A stretch of DNA of 64,000 nt from NCBI GenBank assembly GCA_964016885.1, contig OZ024741.1, positions 291,090,001 through 291,154,000 on the forward strand. Direction: 5' to 3'. Under the pieces are notes generated by a model. The model was not told the origin of the DNA. It worked only from the letters and a program-made list of their open reading frames with translations, and ran no database searches. Position 1 is the first letter of the stretch. Every line of letters starts with the position of its first letter. Positions 14,099 to 28,145 of this stretch are shown here, in pieces. This DNA is from Eledone cirrhosa (lineage: Eukaryota). Made by a program: the position numbers and the translations under genes.

Positions 14099-15948
14099 GA
14101 GTGTCTGTTTGTGCTGGGAGGTGGTCAGAGGGCATAGCAGCAGTCGGTGGAATGGTAAAGGGGCGAGGATGGGTAGGTGTGAAAGTTGGAGTGAGGAGGG
14201 TGTGTGCGTGTGTGTTAGTAGAGGTGTTAGTGGGATGAGTGAGTGTGGAGCGAGGGTGTGGGTGGAGCGGGGAGAGAAGGGTGTGTGTGGTTCTATGGAG
14301 GGAGTGTGGTGTACTGGTGTGTGTGTAGTTTGATGAAGGGGTGTTAGTGGGTGTTAGTATACGGAAGGTGGGGAGGGGTTGAATGCAGGTGTGAGTGGGG
14401 GTTAGTGGTGGTAGGGTGTGTAGAGTTGGTGGTGTACGAGGGTGTGTGGGTACGTGTGCGTGGTGTTGGGGGCTGTTAGTGATGTTAGTTGCGTGTGGGG
14501 TGGGTGGTGTAAGTGGGTGCGTGTGTTCGTGTGCTTGGGGTTAGGGGGTGTTAGTGAGGTTAGTTGCGGGGTGGTGGGATGGAGGTGCAGGGTGAGAGGT
14601 GTGGGTGTGGGTGTGGGGTGAGGGTTAGTGGTGGTAGTAGGGTGTGTGTTTAGTGTGAGCGCGTGTATATATGTGCCGGTGGGTGTGTGCGTGTGATAAG
14701 GAGGGGGAGGAGGAAAAGAAGGGAGGGATGTTAGTATGTTAGTTGGGGAAGGGTGGTCAGATGAGGGGTGGAGTGGAGGTGTTAGTATTGTTAGTTGTGG
14801 GGTGGGCGGTGAAAAGGAGGGGTGTGTTAGTGGTGTTAGTGGGGGATAAGTGTGGGGGGAGTGGGGCGGTCGAAGGCTAAAGGAATAAGGGTGGGGAGTT
14901 CAGGCCGGGGGAAGTGTGGGTCTGTAAGATGAAGATAGTTCGTTGTTCGACCCTAAGGCGATTGGCGGGTGTTCCGTGGCACTGGAGTAGGCCACAGACT
15001 GTGAGATGGCGTGCAGAATGTCCAGGGCCACCAAAGTGGCGGGCGATGGGGGAACTACCCCCGAGACGAATATCCCGGAGGTGCTCAGTGAATCGGTCCG
15101 CCAGGCGACGTCCCGTCTGTCCGACATAAGTCGCCTTTTTGTTCAACACTGACACAGGAACGATGTACTAGTTTCAAGCTTCTAGGTTGGAGGAGGTGCA
15201 GCGTAAGGCATGCCGGACAGAGGGAGAGTGGCCGTTGGGACCCTGGAAGGTGGTGGTGTTGGTGATGTGGGGACAGGTGTTGCAGGGGGGCATAGAACAG
15301 GGAAAGGAACCGGGGGGGGGAACAGAGCGTGGGTTGGGGGGTAGGGAGCTGTGGACGAGAAGGGTGCGGAGATTGCGTGCGCGTTTGAAGGAGGGGAGTG
15401 GTGGGGTTGGGAAGATGTGAGAGGTGGAGGGGTCGGACTGGAGGCGTCAGAAGAGGCGGCGGATGGTGCGGTGGAGGGGTAAGGTGGAGGAGTGGTAGGT
15501 GATGGGGAAGGGGAGACGGTGGGTGGGTGTGCGGTGGCGTGGGGTGAGGGTGGTGGAGCGGGGGACAGCACGGGTGCGGGTGAGAGCGGTGTGGACGAGA
15601 GAGGGGGGTAACCTCTGCGGATGAAATGGCTGACTAGGGAAAGGGCCTGGGACTCAAAGTCAGCATCTCGGCTACAGAGGCGGCGGATCCTGAGAAGTTG
15701 GGAGTAGGGAATGGAGTGTTTAGTGTGGGTGGGGTGGGAAAAGGTGAAGTCGAGGTAAGAGTGGGAATCGGTGGGTTTGAAGAAGGCGGAGGTGACGAGG
15801 GAGTGGTGGGAGGGGTCGAAGGCGACGGAGATGTCTAAGAAGTGGACGTGGGTGGTGGAGATAGAGGTGGTGAAGTGGAGGGAGGGGTGGAAGGAGCAGA
15901 AGAAGGAGAGAAAGGAGTCGAGCTGTTCTCGGGCGAGGGTCGTGGCTC

Positions 15949-15951
<3 letters not shown>
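14099..15951 (-). mobile_element. 5'-truncated Penelope-like element (Neptune-like): RT C-terminus/thumb, Cys linker, GIY-YIG endonuclease, C/A-rich 3' UTR
   Basis: Minus-strand translation HFLDISV...FFKPTDSHSYLDFTFSHPTHTKHSIPYSQLLRIRRLCS...RRGYPP...CTSSNL...YVGQTGRRLADRFTEH...EQRTIFILQT..PGLN; stop at 14877. Confidence 0.9.
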
Positions 15952-15991
<40 letters not shown>

Positions 15992-15998
<7 letters not shown>

Positions 15999-16562
15999 AT
16001 ATGGGTGAGAAGAATACTGGTGGTTGCACATGGATAACATGTTATAAAATGAGTCCCTCATCAGTGATTTACCAAACGATCATGGGTATTTCATCGCATT
16101 AAAAATCATATACCTCACGTTGGGCGATAATAACTAAAATAAGTTATTAGGACAATAGAAACGCGTAAAGCGAGTGAGACAAGTAAACAACACAGGGGGA
16201 AGCTAACCGAAGATGGAAATAAACACAAGCAACATAGTTATTCTTTCAGCATAAGCTGTGTGAATATATGAGCGAGTCAGAAAACAGACCTTTCGCTAGT
16301 GAATCCGGTGTTAGAAAGAATGAAAACCGTTTTCCCAGCGAACGGGAGGAAGAAAGAACGAGAGAAACAGGGACTGAGTAAGTGGGAGTGCGAGGAAGAG
16401 GTCAGTAGAGAGAAAGAGTTAACTGACATGGCAGAGAGGACGAAAGAAAGTAAGAGAAACAGAGAGAACGAGGGAGCAGTAAGAGATAAAGAGAGAACGA
16501 CAGAATTGCAGTTTGGGTAAATATATGAAAATATGGGTGAGAAGAATACTGTTGGTTGCACA
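15992..16562 (-). mobile_element. Non-coding PLE-UTR-like element with a ~40-bp terminal direct repeat; related to 18550-19180
   Basis: tatgaaaatatgggtgagaagaatactg.tggttgcaca at 15992 and 16523; 16058-16190 aligns with 18582-18720. Confidence 0.5.
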
Positions 16563-16591
16563 GGTACACATATATATATGTACGTATCCGT

Positions 16592-16642
16592 TTATAATAA
16601 ACGTCCGCTAAACGGTTACGTACATATATATATATGTACCTG

Positions 16643-16703
<61 letters not shown>

Positions 16704-17137
16704 GCATGGTACTGTACGTCTGTATACATATATGTATGTACGTATACATACATACATACTTACATTTAAGTAAGTGCCGTACTAAGAGTGAGAAATGAAA
16801 TTTCGTTTCATTCTTTTACAACTTATCGTTTTCGGTACGCCTGGCCGACTGAACTCACTCGATATGCAAATTAGGCTGCTCAGCCGTTAATTTTCATAAG
16901 GAAAGTATATACTTTCGAACGTTCAACCATGTGGCAGAAGGGTATACGGTGCTGATGATAGCTAAGAAGCTTGAAACTAGTACATCGTTCCTGTGTCAGA
17001 GTTGAACAAAAAGGTGACGTGGTTGCCTTAACACCGTACTGCATAAATCAGGCTGTCCGTTTGTTTACAAACGGACAAAGCGGGCGTTATAATAAACGTC
17101 CGCTAAACTGATACGTACATATATATATGTGTACCTG

Positions 17138-17202
<65 letters not shown>

Positions 17203-17260
17203 ATGCATGCTACTGTACGTCTGTATACATATATGTATGTACGTATACATACATACTTAC

Positions 17261-17264
<4 letters not shown>
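16592..17264 (+). mobile_element. Partial-tandem non-coding unit (~495-bp period) containing a hammerhead and an internal (TA)n
   Basis: ttataataaacgtccgctaaac...tacttacattta at 16592 and 17087; 16717-16820 recurs at 63610-63702. Confidence 0.65.
16946..16988 (+). ncRNA. Minimal type I hammerhead ribozyme motif
   Basis: acggtg-CTGATGA-tagct aaga agctt-GAAA-ctag-TA-catcgt; intact core, palindromic stem III actagt. Confidence 0.85.
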
Positions 17265-17347
<83 letters not shown>

Positions 17348-17768
17348 CATATATATATATATATGTATATACATATATATATATATATATATATAAACAT
17401 ATATATATACATATATATACATACATATATATATATATATATACATACGTATATATGTATATATATATATATACATATAAATATACATACATAGGACGAA
17501 GCTGGTACGATGTGTCTATTTTTAGTAAATACAGCACGTGTTACTGGTCAGTCGCTGATTTGAATTTGATGCGTAAACACAGATGGTTGGTCCTCTTCCT
17601 TGTTGAAAATCCAAGATCTGACTACTGTCGTTTACCAATCGATTAATTGGTGAAATATATTTCTTTAATGGAATATATACAAGGAAGATTAATCAATTCA
17701 TAAGGTACCTATTGTTGAAGTTCCATTAATTGTTGTTTATTTTAGATATATTTATATGAAACAATTTC

Positions 17769-17813
<45 letters not shown>

Positions 17814-17852
17814 CATATACATATATATACATATACATATATATACATATAC

Positions 17853-17890
<38 letters not shown>

Positions 17891-17893
<3 letters not shown>

Positions 17894-18283
17894 TCTCCTC
17901 TGTGTCACTTTTGAGCTGACTTTTGGGATGCTCCCATACAGCTCTGAGTTTTTCATCCTCAGTGTATACTGATTAATGTTCAGAGCCATCCTCAGCATTC
18001 TCGTGTAGCACCCATCCACCATCTGAGTGAGTCTCTTGGTCAGTGTCCAAGTCTCTGGTTGGCTGGACATGCTCACCGACATCCAGAGTTGACATTGCAC
18101 TCAGTGCTCCTTTGGGAGCCCCTACATGGACACACTAGAAGAGGAAGACCAAGGTTAACATATGTTGATGCCCTAAGGACAGACAGTGGTCTGTTGGAGA
18201 TGCATGATATGGCAGCGATAATGAGGGACAGAGACCGCTGGAGAGAACTCGTCCATGGATCTCGGGAATTTTACCCGCCTTAG
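17891..18283 (+). mobile_element. RTE-like LINE 3' fragment with a 5' inversion
   Basis: Minus 17891-18056 encodes ETWTLTK...MLRMALNI...VTQRRL; plus 18059-18283 encodes LAGHAHRH...RRGRP...DRDRWR. Confidence 0.85.
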
Positions 18284-18285
18284 AT

Positions 18286-18326
<41 letters not shown>

Positions 18327-18455
18327 TATATACATATACATATATATACATATACATATATTTCTATATACATATACATATACATATATATAAATATACA
18401 TATATATATACATCTATATACATATACATATATATAAATATACATATATATATAC

Positions 18456-18549
<94 letters not shown>

Positions 18550-18550
<1 letters not shown>

Positions 18551-19180
18551 TAACATTAGAACAACAAGACAGGACTGTCCGTCATCAGTGATCTTCCAGC
18601 CGTCGTCGGTATTTCTTCGCATTAAATGCCATATACCTCAGGCTGGTGCGAGCAATAACTAAAAAAAGTTATTGGAACAGGTAGAATTGCGAGTAGAAAG
18701 CGAGACATGTAAACAAACAGAGATGGTAATAGCAGCAGAAAGAGAAGAAGATGAGAAGCAAGTCCGTGATATCTGTGAACTTAAGGTCGATCAAATCGTG
18801 GATGAGAAGAGAAGACGCGTCCAGACCCTGTGAAATGTGAGCGAGAAAATGATTTCACACAGGTCAGAAGGGAGGAAGTGAGTGTGGGGGAGTATCAGAG
18901 AGTGAGTGAGTGAAAGTGTGGGGAAGAGGGTGACTGGCAGAGTGAGTGAATGAAAGTAAGAGATACAAGGAGAGAGAAAGAGGATAGCAGTAAGAAAGAA
19001 ACAGACTGGCCACAGCGGAGGGGAAAATATGAATGAAAAATGGTGTGCTGCTTTCTTGCAAATGGCATACATATGAATAAAAATAGAACAAGAAATACCG
19101 ATGATGCCTGGAAGATCACTGATGACGGACAGCCCAGTCTTCTTGTTCTAATGCAACAACGCAGCTCCCCATTTTTCATA
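18550..19180. mobile_element. Inverted-repeat element (arms ~18554-18615 / ~19091-19152) with a purine-rich spacer
   Basis: cattagaacaa...ctgtccgtcatcagtgatcttccag...tcggtatttctt versus aagaaataccga...ctggaagatcactgatgacggacag...ttgttctaatg. Confidence 0.7.
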
Positions 19181-19273
19181 CATACATATATATATACATA
19201 TATATATATATACATATATATATATACATATATATACATATATATATATGTATACATATATATATATGTATAC

Positions 19274-19319
<46 letters not shown>

Positions 19320-19343
19320 GTATACATATATATATATGTATAC

Positions 19344-19392
<49 letters not shown>

Positions 19393-19411
19393 TATGTACA
19401 TATATATATAT

Positions 19412-19452
<41 letters not shown>

Positions 19453-20087
19453 TATGTACATATATATATATACATATATATACATATACATATATACATA
19501 TACATATATACATATACATACATATACATATATATATATACATATATATACATATACATATATATATATACATATATATACATATACATATATATACATA
19601 TACATATATATATACATATACATATGTATATACATATACATATATATATATATACATATACATATATATATATATACATATATATACATATAGATATATA
19701 TACATATACATATATATACATATAGATATATATACATATACATATATATACATATAGATATATATACATATACATATATATATATATACATATACATATA
19801 TATATATACATATATATACATATATATATATACATATATATACATATATATACATATACATATATATACATATACATATATATACATATACATATATATA
19901 TATATACATATATATATACATATACATAGATATATACATATATACATATACATATATATACATATACATATATATACATATATATATACATATACATATA
20001 TATATACATATATACATATACATATATATACATATACATATATATATACATATACATATACATATATATACATATATATACATATAC

Positions 20088-20118
<31 letters not shown>

Positions 20119-20335
20119 CATATATATACATATATATACATATCGATATATTTATATATATATATACATACATATATATACATATACATATATATATATA
20201 TACATATATATACATATACATATATATATATACATATATATACATATACATATATATATACATATATATATACATATATATACACATATATATATACATA
20301 TATATACATATACATATATATATACATATATATAC

Positions 20336-20366
<31 letters not shown>

Positions 20367-20685
20367 CATATATATATACATATACATATATATACATATA
20401 TAAACATATATATATACATATATATATACATATACATATACATATATATATACATATATATATACATACATATACATATATATATACATACATATACATA
20501 TATATATACATACATATACATATATATATATACATATATATACATATACATATATATACATATACATATATATATATACATATATACATATACATATATA
20601 TACATATACATATACATATATATACATATATATACATATACATATACATATACATATATATATCTACATATATATACATGTATAT

Positions 20686-20726
<41 letters not shown>

Positions 20727-20772
20727 TATAAATACTTATATATATATTTACATATATATATATATACATATA

Positions 20773-20810
<38 letters not shown>

Positions 20811-20895
20811 CATATATATATACACATATATATATACATATATATATATATACATATATATATATACATATATATACATATATATATATGTATAC

Positions 20896-20928
<33 letters not shown>

Positions 20929-21237
20929 CATATATATGTACATATATATATATACATACATATATATATACATATATATACATATACATATATATATATA
21001 TACATATATATACATATATATACATATACATATATATACATATACATATATATACATATATACATATACATATATATACATATATATACATATACATATA
21101 TACATATACATATATATACATATACATATATATATATACATATATATACATATACATATATATATATACATATATATACATATACATATATATACATATA
21201 CATATATATATACATATACATATGTATATACATATAC

Positions 21238-21272
<35 letters not shown>

Positions 21273-21684
21273 CATATTACATATATATATACATATATAC
21301 ATATACATATATATACATATACATATATATATACATATACATATACATATATATACATATATATACATATACATATATATATATATACATATATATATAT
21401 ACATATATATACATATATATACATATCGATATATTTATATATATATACATACATATACATACATATACATATATATATATATATATACATACATACATAT
21501 ATATACATATACATATATATATATATATATATACATATATATACATATACATATATATATACATATATATACATATACATATATATACATATACATATAT
21601 ATATACATATATATACATATACATATATATATACATATATATATACATATATATACATATACATATATATATACATATATATAC

Positions 21685-21719
<35 letters not shown>

Positions 21720-22274
21720 CATATATATATACATATACATATATATACATATATATACATATACATATATATACATATATATATACATATATATATACAT
21801 ATACATATATATATACATATATATATACATATACATATACATATATATATACATATATATATACATACATATACATATATATATACATACATATACATAT
21901 ATATATATACATACATATACATATATATATATACATATATATACATATACATATATATACATATACATATATATATATACATATATACATATACATATAT
22001 ATACATATACATATACATATATATACATATATATACATATACATATACATATATATACATATACATATATATACATATATATACATATATATATACATGT
22101 ATATATATAGAGATATATATATGTATATACATCTATATATATATATGTATATACATGTATACATATATATATATATACATGTATATACATATATATATAT
22201 ATACATACATGTATATACATATATATATATAGATGTATATACATATATATATCTACATATATATACATGTATAT

Positions 22275-22323
<49 letters not shown>

Positions 22324-22372
22324 CTTATATATATATATAATATATATATATACTTATATATATATTTACATA

Positions 22373-22436
<64 letters not shown>

Positions 22437-22488
22437 CATATATATATACACATATATATATACATATATATATGTGTATATATATATG

Positions 22489-22563
<75 letters not shown>

Positions 22564-22578
22564 CATATATATATATAT
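19180..22578. repeat. ~3.4-kb (TA)n/(TACA) compound microsatellite with internal long-range duplications
   Basis: Directly visible; rare variants recur (tatcgatatattt at ~20141 and ~21424). Confidence 0.95.
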
Positions 22579-22965
22579 AAGTCGTTTGGAAGCCTCGACA
22601 ATGCAAATGGATAAATCTCCGGGTCACAAGATCCGGTGGTGGAGAGAGATGTAAGTGGGTGTACGTTGAGATGCGTGGCGTGTATAAGATGTGTAGAGGA
22701 ATGAAAGAAAGGGCGGAAAGGATAAAAATAAAATAACAACACGAGAGACAGAGTTACCTTGGGAGAGATTTAATTGTCCCTATATATTTCGGATTCACAT
22801 CCATCAACTGGGGTTTTTTCCGGGGTTGGGGAAAGATTGTCTGTCGGAAAGGTGCGAAACGTGTCCTCCGCTGTTCGTTGTTTTGAATAATCAGATATTC
22901 AAAACAACGAACAGCGGAGGACACGTTTCGCACCTTTCCGACAGACAACCTTTCCCCACCCCGGT
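22579..22965 (-). mobile_element. PLE-UTR-like dispersed repeat plus a 70-bp fold-back (22820-22889 / 22896-22965)
   Basis: 22579-22750 is reverse-complementary to ~54020-54205; near-perfect hairpin with a 6-nt loop. Confidence 0.65.
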
Positions 22966-22997
22966 AATTGCTGGCCTTGTGCCTAACGTCTCAACAG

Positions 22998-23081
<84 letters not shown>

Positions 23082-23099
23082 TATATATATATATATTTA

Positions 23100-23668
23100 A
23101 AAGAATAGTGTAACACACGAGTTGTGATATATTAGTAAAAGGAAAGAAAATGCTGACAAATTGTTCCCAGTGAAAAATAGTTTAATTAAGAATAAGTAAA
23201 AATTAGTAATAAGTATTGGTTAGTATTCAGTTTTAGTTTTAAGTTTTTACCCGTTGCGCATTTCTAATGCTTTTCAAAAATAATTTTGAGATAGAACGCC
23301 CGTGATGTTTGCTCTAATCTGATCAGTTTGGAAATTCTACCTGTTTTATGTGAAAAAAGTGGCTCCAGAGGTATTAAAATAAGTTTAGCGCCAATTCGTG
23401 TTGCAAAAATTCTTGTGGTCAAAGCAATTTTGATTGGTCGGTAGAGGTCACGTGAATGTTAAAAATTGATTTTGCGCCAAATGTAGGTTTGTCGAAGAGT
23501 GCCCTTTTTCGCCAGTTTGAGAAGTCACTGAAAAATAAGTCTTTTAAGACAAATATGTGTGTGTGTGTGTAATAAAGAGGTTCATTGTTGTGATAATGGT
23601 CAGTAGGGATGTGTGTGTGAATTGCAGTCATGTTGAAAGGTCAACAGTTAAGGTGTCTATTAAGACAA

Positions 23669-23736
<68 letters not shown>

Positions 23737-25674
23737 CAGAGTAATTCGTGGTAGAGGGATCGGTCAGTAGGAATGTGTCTGTACGTGTGTGGGGGATATT
23801 TTAACATGTTGAAAGATATTTTTCAGCTCTTGTCTTATACGGAGAAGTGTGTGTGTGTGTGTATGTCTCTTTGTATGTTAGTGTACGCGTGTGTATGTGT
23901 GTGTGTATATATGTGTGTGTGGGGGGGGGGGGCAGTATTTTTGTGATACTGATAAAAATGGTGTACATTATTCGATATTTTCAGCAAAAACGATTCTCTC
24001 AAGAGAACATCAAAAATATTAATATAAAATGGGTGAAATGATATATAGTATTGTCATAACACCAAGGTTTGTGTGAGTGTCCATATTGTACGTACTGCAA
24101 GGGGAATCCATAAGCCCACAGACTCCAAGCAATATCTTCCTTTCCACTCTTGCCACCCTAGACACGTTAAAATTAATATTCCCTACAACTTAGCCAAGAA
24201 ATCTGTACTATAGTCTCCAATAAAAACACCTGTTACCTACGGCTACAAGAACTAAAGGACATACTCATAGGCAGGACTACCCTGCATCACTAATTGACAA
24301 TGGAATCCAACGTGCCCTTAAACTCAGTACCCAGGACCTTAGACACCCTAAGGTAAATCAACCGAAACTAAAAGTTCTTCCATACATCACCACACACAAC
24401 CCCCTCAATAATGAGGCCTTTGAAACCATCCTCCAGAACATCCCTGTGATAGAAAAGGACCATAGAATGAACCAAATCCTTCGAACACACGATATCATAA
24501 AGAGCAAAAGACAATCTAAGTCAATGAAAAACATCATAACACATCCCAAAGTACTGCCAACCACAACAATAAAACCCACAGTAAAAAATGCGATAGACCC
24601 AACTGTGGCATATGCATCAACCTAATAGAGGGTTCGGAATTCTATTTCAAAGAAGGAAAACGTTTTATAGTAAAACACAATTTCACATGCGCATCAGAAA
24701 ATCTAATATATGTATTAACTTGCTCAGGTTGTCGAGAACAATACATAGGCCAGACAAAAAACAGCCTCCGCCAACGCATGACTGTCATAGATCCCAAATT
24801 AAAATACGGGAATAGAGGAAAATACCACTGAATGAACACATTGATACCTGTGCCGCCCCAAATCATCCAACTTTAGAATCTCTCCCCTCTACAAATTTAA
24901 AGATAATGCCACCCACACCCAGCGATTCAGCAAGGAATCTCACTTTTTTAACAAATGCGGACCCGTCTAAACACTTCTCCCTAAGACGAACCCACAACAT
25001 ACACACGTAAACATACATACCTACATCATCGTACATCCTACATACATCTCTATCCACATATAAACACAATATCATACGTAAACGCACATGTTGTACGGTG
25101 CAACACAATATACACAAATTTGCATACATTTTGATGTCTGTAGATATAAACGTGCCGACACACACACATACATAAACGTACACATGCATTGCACACTGAT
25201 GGGCACATACATATTTGTACACATGTATTCCAATACGGCAGGGCCTAATGGATTCCCCTTGCAGTACGTACAATCTGGACACTCACACACTTGGCGTTAT
25301 GACAATACTATATATCATTTCACCCCTTTTATTATTAATGTTTTCGATGTTCTCATGAGAGAATCGTTTTGGCTGAAAATATCGAATAATGTACACCATT
25401 TTTACCAGTATCACAAAAATATACTGGTCCACCCACACACAACACACACACATATACATACACACATATATATACACACACACCCACACATATACACACA
25501 CACATACACACGCGTACACTAACATACAAAGACACACACACATACACACACTTCTCCGTATAAGACAAAAGCTGAAAAATATCTTTCAACATGTTAAAAT
25601 AACCCCCACACACGTACAGACACATTCCTACTGACCGATCCCTCTACCTCGAATTACTCTGCTACACACACACA

Positions 25675-25733
<59 letters not shown>

Positions 25734-26162
25734 CTCGCATATTTGTCTTAAAAGACTTATTTTTCAGTGACTTCTCAATCAGGTGAAAAAGGACACTATT
25801 CGACAAACCTACATTTGGCGCAAAATCAATTTTTAACATTCACGTGACCTCTACCGACCAATCAAATTGTTTTGACCACAAGAATTTTTGCAACACGAAT
25901 TGGCGCGAAACTTATTTTAATACCTCTGGAGCCACTTTTTTCACATAAAACAGGTAGAATATCAAAAACTGATCAGATTAGAGCAAACATCACGGGCGTT
26001 CTATCTCGAAATTATTTTTGAAAAGCATTAGAAATGCGCAACCGGTAAAAACTTGAAACTAAAACTGAATACTAACCAATACTAATATTTGGTTATTCCT
26101 AATTACGACTATTTTTCACTGGGAACAATTTGTCAGCATTTTCTTTTCCTTTTACTAATATA

Positions 26163-26163
<1 letters not shown>
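23100..26163 (+). mobile_element. 5'-truncated Neptune-like PLE with ~0.95-kb inverted pLTRs (23127-24117 / 25241-26163)
   Basis: Frameshifted coding region 24118-~24980: YLPFHSCHPRHVKINIPYNLA, CDRPNCGIC, CASENLIYVLTCSGCREQYIGQTKNSLRQRM; arms align as reverse complements with indels. Confidence 0.9.
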
Positions 26164-27468
<1,305 letters not shown>

Positions 27469-27471
27469 ATT

Positions 27472-27595
27472 GTGAAGACGTGTGGCTGAGTGGTTAGAGA
27501 ATTGGATTCACAATCATGAGGTTGTGAGTTCGATTCGTGGACCGGCCGATGCGTTATGTCCTTGGGCAAGATACTTTATTTCACGTTGTTCCTTC
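27472..27595 (+). mobile_element. tRNA-derived SINE head
   Basis: A box tggctgagtgg and B box gttcgattc, followed by gtccttgggcaagatacttt; no complete acceptor stem. Confidence 0.75.
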
Positions 27596-27689
27596 TACCT
27601 GGAGTTGCGACCGATAGATAGTACTAGCAGCTGGAAAGACCGACGGAAACATTGTTTCCTCGGTCCGATTTGACGAAAGTCGATCGATC

Positions 27690-27730
<41 letters not shown>

Positions 27731-28110
27731 ATATATATATATATACATATGTATATATATATATTGTTATACTTGGGGAGGGTCATATTTGCGTAATATT
27801 GCCAGAATTAATAACAGAACACAATCACTGTTTGGTTGGTTTTCGCTTCTCTCTGTCTTTTATACCTGCGATCTAACTTACTCGGTCCTCAATGTTGCCA
27901 TTGACTGACCGACGTATTATTTTTGATCGGAGTATTATTTTTGATATATGGAGGAAGTTATAGTTCAATTGAAGCATTGTGTAATGAGGTATAAACGTTT
28001 GAATATGTATAATAAAGCCAAAACAATGCAGGTATGGACATAGAAAAAAGAATGCAATTGCAAAAGATATTGATGACAATTCGACCTTTACCTTAGATTT
28101 ATTTAAATGT

Positions 28111-28145
28111 CCTTAATTTTCGAGATAATATCTCTTCTTCAGAGG
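28111..28145 (-). ncRNA. Minimal hammerhead motif in the inverted pLTR
   Basis: Reverse complement of 29174-29208. Confidence 0.6.

Noticed and set aside
14099-14876. Interstitial telomeric array
   Set aside because: No tandem (TTAGGG)n; the recurring word is GTTAGT, dispersed within a PLE UTR (reported as a finding instead).
27472-27550. Possible tRNA gene
   Set aside because: A and B boxes are present but there is no closed cloverleaf, and it continues into a SINE-type body.
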